The position numbers were made by a program, and so were the translations under genes. A stretch of 64,000 bases of DNA from Vicugna vicugna. Lineage: Eukaryota. Numbering within the stretch: position 1 is the stretch's first letter; each line of letters opens with the position of its first letter. Below the pieces are notes generated by a model. The model searched no databases. It saw only the letters and a list, made by a program, of their open reading frames with translations, and was not told the origin of the DNA. Positions 48,098 through 60,999 of the stretch are shown piece by piece. The stretch is taken from positions 4,488,501 to 4,552,500 of the forward strand of contig MU059953.1 of the NCBI GenBank assembly GCA_013265495.1, in the 5' to 3' direction.

Positions 48098-49959
48098 TTG
48101 TCTCTGTCAAAGTCCTCTGCTCTCTGTCTCAGGGCCCTTGTGCCCTCATGTGCCTCTTTAATTTGTATTTGTCGAGAGGTTTTCAGCAACTTAGTGTACA
48201 CCCTAATTCCTCTCCCGACCCCTACTTCCCCGATTCCTAAGGATGCACCCCGATTGTGACTTTTTTGGTGTCCGAGCTACCGGCCCCTGTTTCTCTTGGA
48301 AGTGCCTCCTCCCTGACCAATGCGCTGAGTGCTCCGGGGCCGGGGGAGGGCTCCCAGCCTCCTCTCCCCGACTCCGGGCCTCCGTCCTCAGCACACGCCC
48401 TGCCCTCGCCTCGCCCCAGACACGACGAGAGGGCTTTATTTGTGGCTGATTGTCATTTTGTTGGATGTTCTGGTTAAGAAATACTAATGCCCAACATACC
48501 AGGTCATGTGTTTCCTCAACCGACACGGCCATGGCTCTGGGTCTCATGCCTCAAACCCCCGAACACGCCTCCGGGCGTCGGCAGCGAGGCCCTTACCCCG
48601 AGGGGCCCGAGTGCGCAGGGGTCAGCGCGGAAGCCGCGGGGAGGCGGCCCAGGCGGCCGCGGGACCAGCCTCTGGCGCGTCTGCCTGCACGGCCGGAGGG
48701 GGCTTTTCAAGCCCTAGTCAGTGTCTGGCAGGAGGTCGGACCCTTGGTGCTTTCTGGAACTCATAAATCCTGCCGTCCAAGGTATTTACATTAAAATGCT
48801 GGCCCGCAGCTCAGAAACGGCCTTCTAGGAAGAAGGCTATTTCTGCTCTTGGACACATGCTGCATTTGCTTTGTCGTCTGTTAGAAAAGGCCCCGAAGAG
48901 GACTCTTCTTGGCTCCACTTTGCTAGAAGTCCTGAGTAACCGGACCCTCGGGAGCGGCCTTCGGTGGCCTCCCCGACACGCCAGAGCCAGCTGGCGGCCA
49001 AACAGCCACATTAGCAGAAATGCTTGTTTTCTGGGTCTGACTTTTAAAGGGCCGATTTCCACTAAGTTGCCGTGTCCTGTGACCACAGCAGAGCGGGCCC
49101 AGGACCTCACCTCTCCTTTGATTGTCACTCGGCTGGAACAGGAGTGGCCCCCCAGGGGCGCAAGGTCGGGCCTCTGAGCTTTTGGAGGGTAAACGTTTGG
49201 GACCAGGTCAACTGGCTTTTTTCTTAGCTGCTCAGTGGGCTGCAAAAACATGTAGTCTTCACACAGACAAATGTAGTTTCAAACTTGAAAGATTATCCCA
49301 AAGCTGGAAAATAAAAACTGCTGAGCTCTTCCATTAAACGCGTTTGAAATAATTGAAAAAAACAAGCCTTTTCCCTTAGTGAGCAAGAGAAAACCATCTG
49401 TGTCGCCTGGCTCCGAAATGCCACCAGGCTGCGCCTGGGGCTCGCTCTGCCCCAGAGCCACCTACCACCTCGCTTCTGATGAAACAGGCCAGAATAGAAA
49501 TCTTCCCACGTTGCCAGGGGCTCCTCTCCCAGGCGGAGCTGCGCGGCGGGCCCCAGACAGGAACAAGGTCTTGCTGCCTGTGGTCCAGCCTGGTGCAACA
49601 GTGGTTCTGCAGACGAGCTTGACTCGCTGTGTGGTGTCCGCCCAGAGCCCCGCGTCCCACGGAAGTGGAGGAGGGTGAAGAGGATAAGGTCTCACCTCTC
49701 AGCCTTGCCCCCCAAGGTACTCCATCTCGAATACTGACTCTTCCTCCCCCTCCATCCGTTCCTGGTCAAATGACGACTGGGCGCTAACAGGTAATGCTCT
49801 TTGAAATCAATTCATACTAGTGTGTAAATGTCTAATAGAGCCCTAACAACTGCGGAGGCATTTGCATTGGTAAATGAGCTGCTTTGCTCAGTTAGGGAAT
49901 TCCTAAAAATTTAACTTGGAACCAACTGCAGACTCCCAAGGGGTTGCAAAAGTTGTGCG

Positions 49960-50830
49960 GAGAGGGTCCACGGCGCCCTCCCCCAACCCCCCCACCCCGT
50001 GGGGGCGCCTGCAGGCCTGCTGCGCTGCGGCGCCGGGAGCAGGGAGAGCCGCCGGGGGCCGGAGGGGTGGGGAGCGCGGGGCGGGGCGGTGGACAGTGTG
50101 AACGCGCGTGCACTGCAGGACGGGACGCAGGTCTGTAATCACTTCTCTTGACGAGGCTCGCCTTCCACAGCTTCCTTCTTTCCTCCTCCGACCCCAGGAG
50201 TCCCTCAAGCCCACCAGCGTTCCCCTCACCCCTCGGCCCCACCACTCCAGCCCCTCGACGGCAGCCCCGGCTGGAGGGGCCTCTGCTTTCCTTCCCAGCC
50301 AGCGGGTGTGGTTCTGGTCCAGCTGAACCGGCTCCCCTGGTGTCCCCTGGCCCCGAACTTCTCCCCACAGCAGCCTCCTCCGCCCGGCCGTCCACATCCG
50401 ACCGCTTCCGGTCCCTGTCACTGAGCCCTGCTCCCCAGCTGGGGCCGAGCACCCCTCGGGCCCCTCAGCGTACATCAAGTTCAAAGCCACGTTTGCGCTT
50501 TCCCCAGGGCTCTGCCCCTGCTGGTGGGGCCGGCGCAGAAAAGCCTCCCCAGGGCCTCAGCTGGACTCTGCTGCTCACGGCGGCTCCCCAAGGGCCCCTC
50601 CTGGGCCTTAGGTGGGTCTCCTCTTCTAAAACTGGCAAACCCGGTTTCTTGGGCGGTGGCCGGAGCCGTGCCTTACCCCTGCCTCCAAAGCCTGCCTCTC
50701 GGCCCTGAGGCCCACGCGGCCGACCCCGTCGGCTTCCGCGTTTGGACCCACAGCGCGGTCGGGCCCCGCTTCCACCTTGGACTCGACGTTGCGCCACTGC
50801 CTTGTCTACGCGCGTGTGTCGGACCGACGG
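49960..50830. promoter_or_regulatory. CpG-rich island
   Basis: High CpG density and GC box ggggcggggc at about 50078-50087. No associated gene recognised. Confidence 0.45.
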
Positions 50831-51070
50831 AGCCTTGTCCCTCCTCTTAATTTCAACATTTCAGGACCACTTCGTGTCTGGAGAGATGAGTGTTACCTTC
50901 CACCCAACATGAGAGCCTTTGCCTATTAATTAAGGCACTTTCAACCACAATTATTGTCACAGCTGGTTCCACCTCTGTCCTCGCACCCTGTTTTCCGTGC
51001 TTTGATTTCTTTCTCTTGCTCCTCTGCTGTCCCTCCGTGTTTCTCTCTCTTTATACGGTGCACACACTGT
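50770..51070 (-). mobile_element. L1 endonuclease-region fragment
   Basis: caaccacaattattgtcacagctggttccacctctgtcc resembles antisense L1 ttaatgtaattattgatatgtttgga. The left part is GC-shifted. Confidence 0.35.
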
Positions 51071-51654
51071 TTGCTTTCATCCCTGAGGGTCACACAGCAG
51101 CCCTGTGTTTTTGCCGATGGCTAACCTCCTGGGGATAAAACATTCCATCAAATCTGGACCGTCATGGTCATGGTCACATCCAAAGAGAAGTTTTCCGTGC
51201 AGCTAGTGTGGTGGGTGCTGGGTGAGCCATGGGCACCTGATGTGTGCCCCTCAGACCCGGACTGGGGGCAGGCTGAGTGCCTCTAACCTCTGGTCAGTGC
51301 CTCCAACCTAGCCGGACATCCTCGTGGGGGCCCTGTGGTGGACGCAGCTGACCCCCAGGCCTGAGACTCGCAGCAGGAGGGGAGACTGCACGGCTGTCAC
51401 TGTCGAGATGCACACAGGGCTCAGCCACCTCCCGGAGCTGGGGGCGGGGCTTCCTGTCCAGCCTGGTAACAGGGGGAACATGAAAGGCACGCAGGGCCGG
51501 TCTGTGCATCAGAAAACCTGGGCTGAGGCCCCTCGGGGCAGAGGACACAGTCCGGGAAGGGAGCCGCGCTGCACTGAGAGGGAGGCTGGGAGGATGGGCC
51601 GTCCTGCTCTCCCGGTTCCCTCCCGCAGCCTGTGGTTCTGCCTCACGCCAGGCA

Positions 51655-52025
51655 CGCGGAGCATGACGTGCACGTGCAGATGGATAGTGTGCGTGGCCTC
51701 AGGGCCACAGGCGACACAGTGCATGTAACGTGCATGCCCCCATGCAACATGCGTGTGCATGTGCAGACACACAAGGCACATACGTGTGCACGCAGACAAC
51801 GCCATGCATGTATGTATACGTAGACACACAGCAGGGCACTTGCAGACGTGTGATGTGCATGTGTGTGAGACACAGGCAGCACGCACGTGTACACGCAGAC
51901 ACATGCACCACGTATAGATGCAAGTAGCCTGTTCATACACAAAACACGCGGTGTGCATGTGCAGACACAGAGACACACGCAGTGTGCGTGCACGCACGCA
52001 GACGCACGTAAGGCGCACACCGGCG
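51655..52025. repeat. Low-complexity alternating purine/pyrimidine tract (CA/TG/CG/TA mix)
   Basis: gtgcatgtgcagacacac...gtgtgcacgcagac...gtgtgcgtgcacgcacgcagacgcacgt. Confidence 0.85.
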
Positions 52026-54249
52026 CACAGCAGGCCCGAGCAGCAGCCGCAGCACGCGCCGCCCGAGGCCCTTGGACCCCCCTCGCGGGCCCTGGGTGCG
52101 TCTCTCCCTCTGCGGTCACCTCCTTCGCCGGCCGCGCCTGCCCCTCCCGCTCGGAGAAGCCCTTGAGCTGTGGGGACCAGAGTGCCTGGGCTGCCTGGCT
52201 GCACGTGCAGGTGCTGAAGTCCCAGCTCTCTTGCCTTGAGTGACAAGCTGTGACACTGGAGGTGTCAGGAGGGCGGTCTGTGCCCAGGGCTCCCTGGACC
52301 AGGCCGGACCGCACGGGCGGAAACCGCAGCCTCCCCTTCTCTTCTCCCCGACCTGCTTCCCCCACCGTCTCTCGGGGATGTTTCTCAATGAACCCCCGAG
52401 GGATTCCTGCCTCGGGGCTGCGTCTGGCTGTGACCTCAGGAAGACCCACTGGGGGGAGTCTGAGTTCTGTCAGGGTGGACGTCCTGCCCTGACCATGCCT
52501 TCTCCCCAGCGGCACCCGGCTCTGGGCCACACAGCACCCCACCTGTGGCCGTCTGCTCTCTCCGACCCTGCACAGGTGAGCTGGAGGACGTGTGCCCGCG
52601 TGCCTTCCCAGACGGTCCCCAGGCTGAACTGGGGACATGGCTCCTGGGACTTTTTTCAGCAAATGTGTCCTACAGGGAAAAAAATATTTAAGATTTTACA
52701 AGCTTCTTCAATTCTGTTCATGTTGTGTCTTACGTGCTGGGTCTGCTCCTTTGGGGCTGCTTCGGGGCAGCGGGGTCGGGGACAACGTGGTGAAAAGTCA
52801 TGGAAACTGAGGTCCTGACCCTGCTCAGCCGTTTTCACCGCCTGGCCCCTGCTCCGCTCACCCGGACGTGCTTCTCTGTCCAGAGGATTAATGTCCCGGA
52901 GCCCTGACCGCTGAAGTCCCTTTTGGTTGTGGCACTTCACGAAGATCTGTGTAAACACTGCCAGGTGAAACTCATGTCTGGCAATGATGTGCCCTCTGTC
53001 CATTTCCTGCCCCCTTCCCAGAATGGCATGAATTATCATGGACTCATATACCCCGGAGGGAGACAAATCTCAGGAAGAGGGAGGGCCTCACGGGAGCCGC
53101 GGGAGCGGCGGCCTGACGCACTGAGTGATTCACACGCACCGCCGGTGAGCCGCACACGAGGTGCTGCTGAGCTCTGCGGTGAGGCCGGGGGGCAGGACAC
53201 CGGGGACTGCCCGTGCACAGCCAGGGAGGACTGGGAGGATGAGCATTTGGGGAGGCTGAGAGGAAGGCTGAACAGGCCTCCTATGTCTCTTTTCCAAAGC
53301 CTGGTTTCAATTGGATTCTGTTCCTGGAAAAATAAATTCATAATTATGTAGCAAAAAAAAAAAAAATCTTCCAGTGGGTCTGGAGGAAAAACAGCTCCAG
53401 GAAGAAGAAAGAGAAACGCTCCCAGGAAAGAAGAGGCTGGGGAGACAGATGTGCCCCCAGCTGCAGCTCAGCCCAGAGAAGACTAGGGCTGGAGGGACGA
53501 AGATGGAAGAGATTTACTGTCCTGACGGAGGCCACTCCCTCTGCCATGTGTCTGCAGGAGCTGCAGGCGGCCGCCCCAGGCAGATGGTCCTCCATCCCTG
53601 ACCACCTGCTGGTGGCTCACCCCGAGGGTCCTGGAAGCCCTTCCTGGCTGGCCACTCACCCCCCAGCTCCGCATCTCCAACAAAACCTCTCTCCATCGTG
53701 GAAGGACGGGTCTTGCCTCTCCTCCCCTATCCTGCCCCATTTGATGCCCCAAAGCCCTTCACACCCTGCATCTTGGGTGGCACTGCTATTTGTCACCCTG
53801 CAGTCCGGTCACATCCCTTCTTCCATCCTGTGCCGCTGTAGCTCTAATTTCTGCTTTGTTTAGGGTAGGCCATCGCTCTCTCCAGCTCCCGTGAGCCAGC
53901 AGTGCAGGAGCGTGTCCCCTGGGGCCAGCAGTGCGGGAGCATGCTCCCTGGAGCCTTGCAGGATGCTAACCGCTGGAGCCAGGAGCGCCCTGCGCTAGCA
54001 GAGCCTCCCGGCCAGCCCGTGCGCCACGCCCCAGGCCCAGCAGCCCCAGGGCTCGGTCCTGCGAGCCCTCCGTTGGCTCTGCGGGTTCACAGTGGCTGAG
54101 TTCTGCGCCTCCTCTGGGGTGTGGCCCCTCGCTTCCCCGGGAGGCCAGCTGGTTCTTGCTGGGGCAATGATGGGACACCCCTAGCCCCACGGCTGGAAGG
54201 AGCCGGTTACGCAACGCGCGGCTCAGTCCCAGCAGCTCCAATTTTAATT

Positions 54250-57200
54250 CGGGTCCGTGGGGGCCTCACTTCCTCTTACAGGTCTCGCATCTGTACCTTT
54301 TATTTTTCATGCTGCGAGTCCCGTCCCCACCAATACCAGGCCTTTGTTTCGTGTCGCAATACACGTCAAGACTCCCCGAGAGCCACGCCAGCATCTCCAG
54401 CGACAAGGCAATGACTAAGAAGACGTGGAGGGGTTTGCACTTCCCTTTGTCCTTAAGGTTTATCCCAAGAACAACAGATCTTTCCATTTGCTCCCAGTCT
54501 CACTTGCGTCTTTCAGCAGAATTTTTAAGTGTCCCTCATAGATTTTGAACACTTTTGGTCACATTTTCCCGGGCCTCTATCTCTTTATTGTCATTGTCAT
54601 CTTCTCTCGCGTGTGCTTTCCGGTCGCCGTCAGGATGTAAACAGCTGCGTGGCTCCTGCCTGGTATGGGGGTGGATTCGTCCGCCACGGGCGTTCGTTCT
54701 GCCACCAGGGCCCCGGGCAGAGCTTTCGGGGTGGCTGCTCAGCACCTGCCTGCGGAGGTGGCGTTATCGCCCCTTCGCTGTTTCTCCAGCTTCTAACTGC
54801 TTCGTGGGTCTGCTTAAGCGGCGTCTCCCTTTTCACGCGCTGCTGGGTCATCGAGGTGGGGACGCGCCTCTGCTTTCTCTGATTCCAGGGAAGGCGCCTC
54901 CAGCGCTCGTCCCCGAGCGCGTCGCTGGATTCGAGGGCTAGAAATGTACACTTGATGGGTGAATGCCAATGCTATGCTTCATGGAAGTCGTTTTAAAGTT
55001 GCCTTTCTTTTTCTGTGTCCGGAACAAGTTAGGCAGCGTGGGAATTACCTGGCTGTGAAAGCTGGTGGAACTCTCTCTCTGTGAAACCACCCCGCGGGCC
55101 TGGTGCTCTTCGGGGTCTAGTTCTTAGATAACGTTCTATGGGATGGTTGATTTAAACTTTCTGTCTCTGCAGGGGTTAATTTTCACAAATCATGTTTCTC
55201 CTAGGAAGCTGTCAGTTCTTTGGAGTTTTCAAATTCATTTGTACAGAGTTTGGCAAAGCAGTTTCATCTTTTACAAACATTCTTTCATTGCAATGCTATT
55301 TCACCTTGTCATTTCCATTTTCCGTGTTTGCATTCTCCCCTCCTTTTCACGACTAGCTTAGCTTGTGCGTTCCACCCCAACCCCTTTCCAAATAACTGGC
55401 ATTTCAACATAGTTATTAGTTCCATGGTTTTTAATTTTTCCAACTATTAATTTTGGCTTTTATCTTTGTTCTTCCCTTCTTTCTGCTTTCTTTTGAGATC
55501 ACTTTCTCCTTAGAAATTTTAATGTTTCATTTTGTTGTTTCATTTTCTTGTGATTCAGGCGTTAAACAAGGAACTTTCTTCGGATTACGGCTTTAATTTT
55601 GTCCTTTCCATTTCCCTGTAGCTTTCCCGCTGTTGTCATTTTTTAAAAGAAATCCTACAATTTAGATTTGTTTTTAGCCTTTGACCCTAGGGCTTTGAAT
55701 TGCCCGGTTTTTCTGACTGTCTGGCAGAAGGGTCCTGTGTTACTCACGTTGAGCTCTGTTTCATTACAAACAGAAAAGATCGTTTGTATGCATTCTACTT
55801 TCTGGATTCCCTGAGCTTCCCTCTGTGGCCTGAAAGACAGTTTGCGAGAGCGTTTTGCCTGCACGCGGTTCTCCGGCGCCGAGGTCGGGTTTTCTCGTCT
55901 CCGCTGAGTCTCCTGTTCAGGCTTCCTGCCTCCTTGCTGACCTGGTGCTGCTGCTCGCCGGCCCCGCCTGCGGCTGAGAACAGTGGGTTGACGCCTCTGC
56001 CCATCAGCCTGCTCCCTCATCTTTCTCCTCCTCTGCCGCAGTGGCTGTTTGACAGTACTTGGCATCGCTGGAATGCGGACACTAACGCTCAGTTTTCACT
56101 CCGAGCTACAGCTTTCAGCGCTGGCAACCGTCATTCTCGGCCCATGTAACGCTTTCAGCTCCAATCCTACCTTGCCACCCAGCAAGAGCACAAACCCTGC
56201 CTTCTGCCTGTCTGTATGTTCTTTTCATGTTTAGCTTCTCTGACTCTCTTTAGCCGTGCCTCCCCCAGACGGCCTGGAAGTGGGCTCAGCTTTTGAGTTA
56301 GTCTTGAAGTATTTTCCTTCTAATTCTTGAGTTACCGCCCTTCTAACTTTCTGCTACGCCTGACCTCTGAATCCTCCAAGTCCGTCATATTATTTAACAC
56401 ACATTTGCTGTGTTAAACACATTGCGTTTACTGGAGCTCTTTTACCGTATCGTCTGTTTTACTTTTTCGTGTGTTTTTTGTTATTTATTTCGTACTGAGG
56501 AAGATGTGCATTTTTTGTGTGATTTCGTGGGTCACTTTACATTTAAATGTTTATAATGTTGGTATTTATACATTATCTGCCTCATGCAACGTCTTTACGT
56601 GTCTGCCCTCTTTCATTTGCTCAGGCTTCTACCATTCGGTTTGTCCGTCTTCATTACCTCCGCTGACCTTCACCGTTGCTGCTTATCAGCTACAAATCAA
56701 CTAATGACCTTACTCTATTTTTCTCTTTATCCTCCCAAATTTCCCCTCTTGTCAAAGCATGTCACTTTTACATACTGTTTTTCACTTCTATCTCCTCTGC
56801 TTTTTTGGTCGATGGCCTTAAGTCTACACGGTATCCACAAATCTGGAAATGGAGATGATATACTTTTGCTTTTACAGATAGGAGACGTTCTTGAAAACGT
56901 TGTCTGCATTCGTCTGTGTTCCTCGACTTTGCAGAACTCTTGTGCAGTTCAATGCAGGCTGTACCTACTGGAGTTCTGGCATGTTTTCTCTCTTTTCTTC
57001 ACCTAGGAACCCAGTCACACCTTAAATCTTGTTACAAAGTGCTATTTGCCCGTCTCTCTGGTCCTCCTTTTGCCTCTCTGTGTTTCAGTTTGAGTAATTT
57101 CTTCTGCTCTCAGATTCTCTACTTTTCTCTTCAGCTGCATCAGACCTATTAAATCCGCCCAGTGTCTTCTGGGGTTGATCATATTTTATCTCTTCTATAG

Positions 57201-57850
57201 TTTCCACTTTTACAAATTTCAAGTTCCTTGTGAAAAATTTCCATCTTGCCTTTTATCCACTCAAACACATTATGATAATTATTTTAAAGTAGGTGTCTAA
57301 TAATTCCATTATTTGAATCCTCTTTGGGTTCATTTCTTTTGTCTGTTGTTTTCCTTGGTTTGGTTTGGTTTTGCCCTTGTCTTCACGTAAGGCTGGTTAT
57401 TTTTGCCCTGAGTGCCGGGTGCGCTGTATGAAGCCCTGTAGAGATAACGATTTTACATTTCTGCACAGGGCGTTAGCATTTGTTTCTGAAAGGAGATTAC
57501 AGGCATTGGTAATCTCAGACGGCCTTAATACGATCAGAATTGGAGAGGAAGCTGGGTGCTGTCCTTGCAAGAATTATCTATTTCTGGTTCACCCATGTTC
57601 TGTAATCTTCAGACATCCCAAGACCTCTGCTTGGCAGACTCGACTTTTCCTCTTTTTCCTGTAAACTTAAAGCACTGCTCAGATCCTCACCTTTTTCTGG
57701 AATGGATATATGGCTCTGGGGGAAAGCTGGGCTCTCTGAATTTTTTAAAAATTTTCCTGGATCTTTGCCTTATGTTTCTTTGCTTTGTAAGCTGTCTGAT
57801 GTCTTCCAACAGATTTTTTGGGGTCTAGCTTTTCTAGTTTTTCTCAGCTG
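54250..57850 (-). mobile_element. Long, heavily deleted old L1M (ORF2, ORF1 and 5' region)
   Basis: Colinear antisense L1 motifs: agatctttccatttg...gtctttcagcagaattttt, ttctcctaggaagctgtc, ttctcttcagctgcatcagacctattaaatcc. Confidence 0.75.
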
Positions 57851-57879
57851 AAAAGTTGGCAGGACTTATGTATCCTGTT

Positions 57880-58000
57880 AATCCTCGAAGTGGAACTTTG
57901 GGATACTTTCATACCATTAGAAATTTCTATTAATTTCATACTATTAAATTTTCCAAATTTTCTACAGTAAACATGAATTTATTTTATAGTTATAGACAAC
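57880..58000 (+). mobile_element. L1ME-like 3' end fragment
   Basis: aaattttccaaattttctacagtaaacatgaatttatttt. Confidence 0.5.
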
Positions 58001-58774
58001 TAGGCATTAAAAATGACGGATAGAGGTAGAGGAATATGTCAAAGGATGGTGGATGAGAGTCCCTGGTCATTGCGCTCTGCATTTCATTAAAGACATAAAG
58101 TGTTGATGTGTGGGGAGCCTTTTGTTCTCCGCTCCATGGGGCTCTCCATCCATTAGTTTTGCAGGAAGAAACCAGAACGACTGGGAGACTGAAAACACTG
58201 AAGGAATGTGTACTTGGATGCTCTGTCTACCAGATGTCTGTACTTGCCCTAAAATATATCAGAAACCTAACGACTTTCTGGAAATTGGTCCAATATTTGT
58301 AAACAGAAAAGTTACAATATGGACAGTGGGGTCACCTGTGTTGTTCTTAAAAGTAAATATTTTGGGTATTTCTTTTTCACGTATCTTGAGATTTCACTTC
58401 CTTTTTATTCAGCTTACTTTCTTCTCTTCAGCTTTTGGATCAGTCGAAAAGCCCATATAAGTTTACAACATTAATAGCATATAACATTGTGATATTTTGC
58501 AACTTGAAGCCAAGTTAAACATATGGCCATTTTAATGTTATATTATTGAAGACCTTTTTTTTTTTTCCTTTGGAATGCCTTTTATTCATTTCTAAGCAGA
58601 TCTAATTATAGATAGATTTCCAGCTTGCATGTTAAGCACATGATTTGGTATGTCTGAACAAGCAAGAGGGGCCAAGTCTCTCCTGTGGGAGCAGGCAGAT
58701 CTTCGGTTGTACTGGAATTTTTTTATACTGACTATTCCTCCAGTGATACTAGTCATTCTCCTTGGCTTCCACAT

Positions 58775-58975
58775 ACCTGACCTATTTCACTGATCATAAC
58801 GCCCTCAAGGGCATCCACGTTGTTGCAAATGGCAGGAGGTTCCCATCACTCCTATGGCTGAATACTATTCCACTGTAGACACACCATGTCTTTATCCACG
58901 TGTCCATCGATGGACCCTAGGCTGTCTCCATGTCTTGGCCTGTGTGAGTTATCCTGCAGTGCGCCACGGATGTCA
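58775..58975 (-). mobile_element. L1 3' region fragment
   Basis: ctgacctatttcactgatcataacgccctcaagggcatccacgttgttgcaaatggcagg...tctttatccacgtgtccatcgatggaccctaggctg. Confidence 0.85.
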
Positions 58976-59074
58976 TCTTGTGCCTTGTCCCCCGTCTCCA
59001 GGAGGATGATGAGGAGAGGACACAGGTGAGAACACAGAGACCGGAGACGCCTGGGGCAAGAAGCAGCCCAAACT

Positions 59075-59110
59075 GGGGGGCCCCGCGGTGAGGGGGGGCC
59101 CCGCGGTGAG
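59075..59110. repeat. Perfect tandem duplication of an 18-mer
   Basis: ggggggccccgcggtgag occurs twice in a row (59075-59092, 59093-59110). Confidence 0.9.
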
Positions 59111-60999
59111 GGAGGGCATGGAGAGGAGAGCGCGCCACGGAAGGTGCAGCCAGAGGACTTCTTTGAGCTAGAGGAGAAGTGCTTCCCCCTGGGGACAAAC
59201 CCGTCTTCTCTCTAGGGTCCTTTTCCTTCGGAGTTTCCTCCCTCCCCATCGCCCCCTCCCCTCCCGGGCTGCCCCAGACCCCGGGACTCACAGCTGCCTT
59301 CACCATCTCTCCCGTCGTGCTCCTCGCCCCACACCGGTGGCACCCCGAGGGAGGGGATGAACAGAGCAGGCACAGCGTGTGCTCAGGAGGGAAAGTCTCG
59401 GGGGGAGGGTGGCATGGGGCTGTGACTGCAGTGCAGAGACAGAGCGACCCTGGCGGTGGCCAGTGCCCAGTCTGGCTCCTCACTGGGCCTGGAAGCGGCA
59501 GGGCTGCCCCTGGACTGGAGGGGTGGGGTGGGTGGGCGTGGGGAGGGGCCGGGAGTCCCAGGCAAAGCACCAGCCAGTGCAGGCCGCCAGCTCTTCTTCA
59601 GAGTCGGGGAAGGACGTGAATCTCCACGGCTCTGCTTAGGGATGGATGCGGCTGGACCCACGAAGGCTCCAGGATACTCTGGGAGGAGGCCCCAGAAGAC
59701 GTAGCTTTAGCCCCAAAACTAATTGACCAGAATTATTTGGGGGAAGAAATTTCTGTATCTTCTAAACGTGTCAGATATGATCACTTATAAGCAAAGTCAC
59801 TTGTGTAACTTTTCGCTCTTAGACTAGTGAAGGGATTCTTGAACTTAAGTCTTGCATATGCTTTCATTTTAAAAAAAATTCCCACTTCCATTCCCCCAAC
59901 ACAGACACACAAAAATTTTCCCCACAGCCTTACAATTTTTGAGAAAGCTGTTTCTCCTAAATGCTACGTAACTGGCAAACTGGTCTGTGTACGTTTCTAT
60001 CTCCCCCTGTACACAGGATTTGTCTGAGGCCTTGAAACTCTCCAGTCCCCGGAAATGTGGAAAACCCAGGCTCCCATTTTTATAACTCCAATTCTAAATT
60101 GCTGATCTGTGTGGGGTTGGCCTGATCATGCTAAAAATTTCGTCAAACCAGAGAATTGCTGAAAGTATCAAAAAACCCAACGTGCAAGATGGATTGAAGT
60201 TTCTAAGTGAGCAATTTTTGCCCTTTCTATTTGGCACTAAGAAATGAAGCAACTTTTGTTTGAGGTTTGCCCGGGCTGCCCACCTCCCTCTTCCAGGGGT
60301 CTGCGTGTGTCTGAGGAAGAGCAGGGTGGGGGGCTCCGGCTGGCGACCCACAGCGGGCAGACAGATGTGCACCCGGGAGGCCAGCTCCGCCGCGTCCTCA
60401 CACATCCGCCGAGCCTGGCCTGCATCCTGGAGACAATTACGTGCAGAAGATGCCAAGTTGCTGCGTATTTCCAAACATTTGGAATCTTAATCCCTTCAGG
60501 AAGGAAGTTTTTTTCTCAGATGCCACACCAAGCCTAAATGGTAGAAATAATTCATGTTGTTTGGAGCAGACTGTACCGTAACAGGAAAGAGCATGAGATG
60601 GTGATGAGTTTTGGTCTGAAAACCATGGGGGCACTGGGGAAGACAGTGATGCAGGGTGATGCGGCCTTCGTCTCCTCAGCGAGACGTGGGAGGGAGGAAC
60701 CAGACAAGGCATTTCAGAGCCTGGGAAGAGGATGAGCCTCTGCAAATCCCATGACGGCCGGCGTCTGTGGCCACCTTGTGATGTTACTAAGTGGAAAGCC
60801 AGCAAGAACGCATCCAAGTTACCCATGAACATGTCCCCCACCCCCACCCCATCAACCGGACTGGAAGACAAAGTCAGAGAAGACCAACGACCATGAGAGG
60901 TCTCTAGAAACAGCTGCGAGGAAGCCCGCCGCGGACGGGGAGGGCTCAGAGGCCCGGCCTCGGTCCCCAGTGGGGCGCCGCCTCCCCGTGGAGAAGCGG

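Noticed and set aside
47563-48240. Cys-rich (CAVCSVQ) and His/Thr-rich ORFs resembling metallothionein or keratin-associated proteins
   Set aside because: Direct translations of the 7-bp minisatellite in different frames.
51509-52662. Longest ORFs in the track (245 and 339 aa)
   Set aside because: They run through the alternating purine/pyrimidine tract and GC-rich flanks. Low complexity with no recognisable domain.
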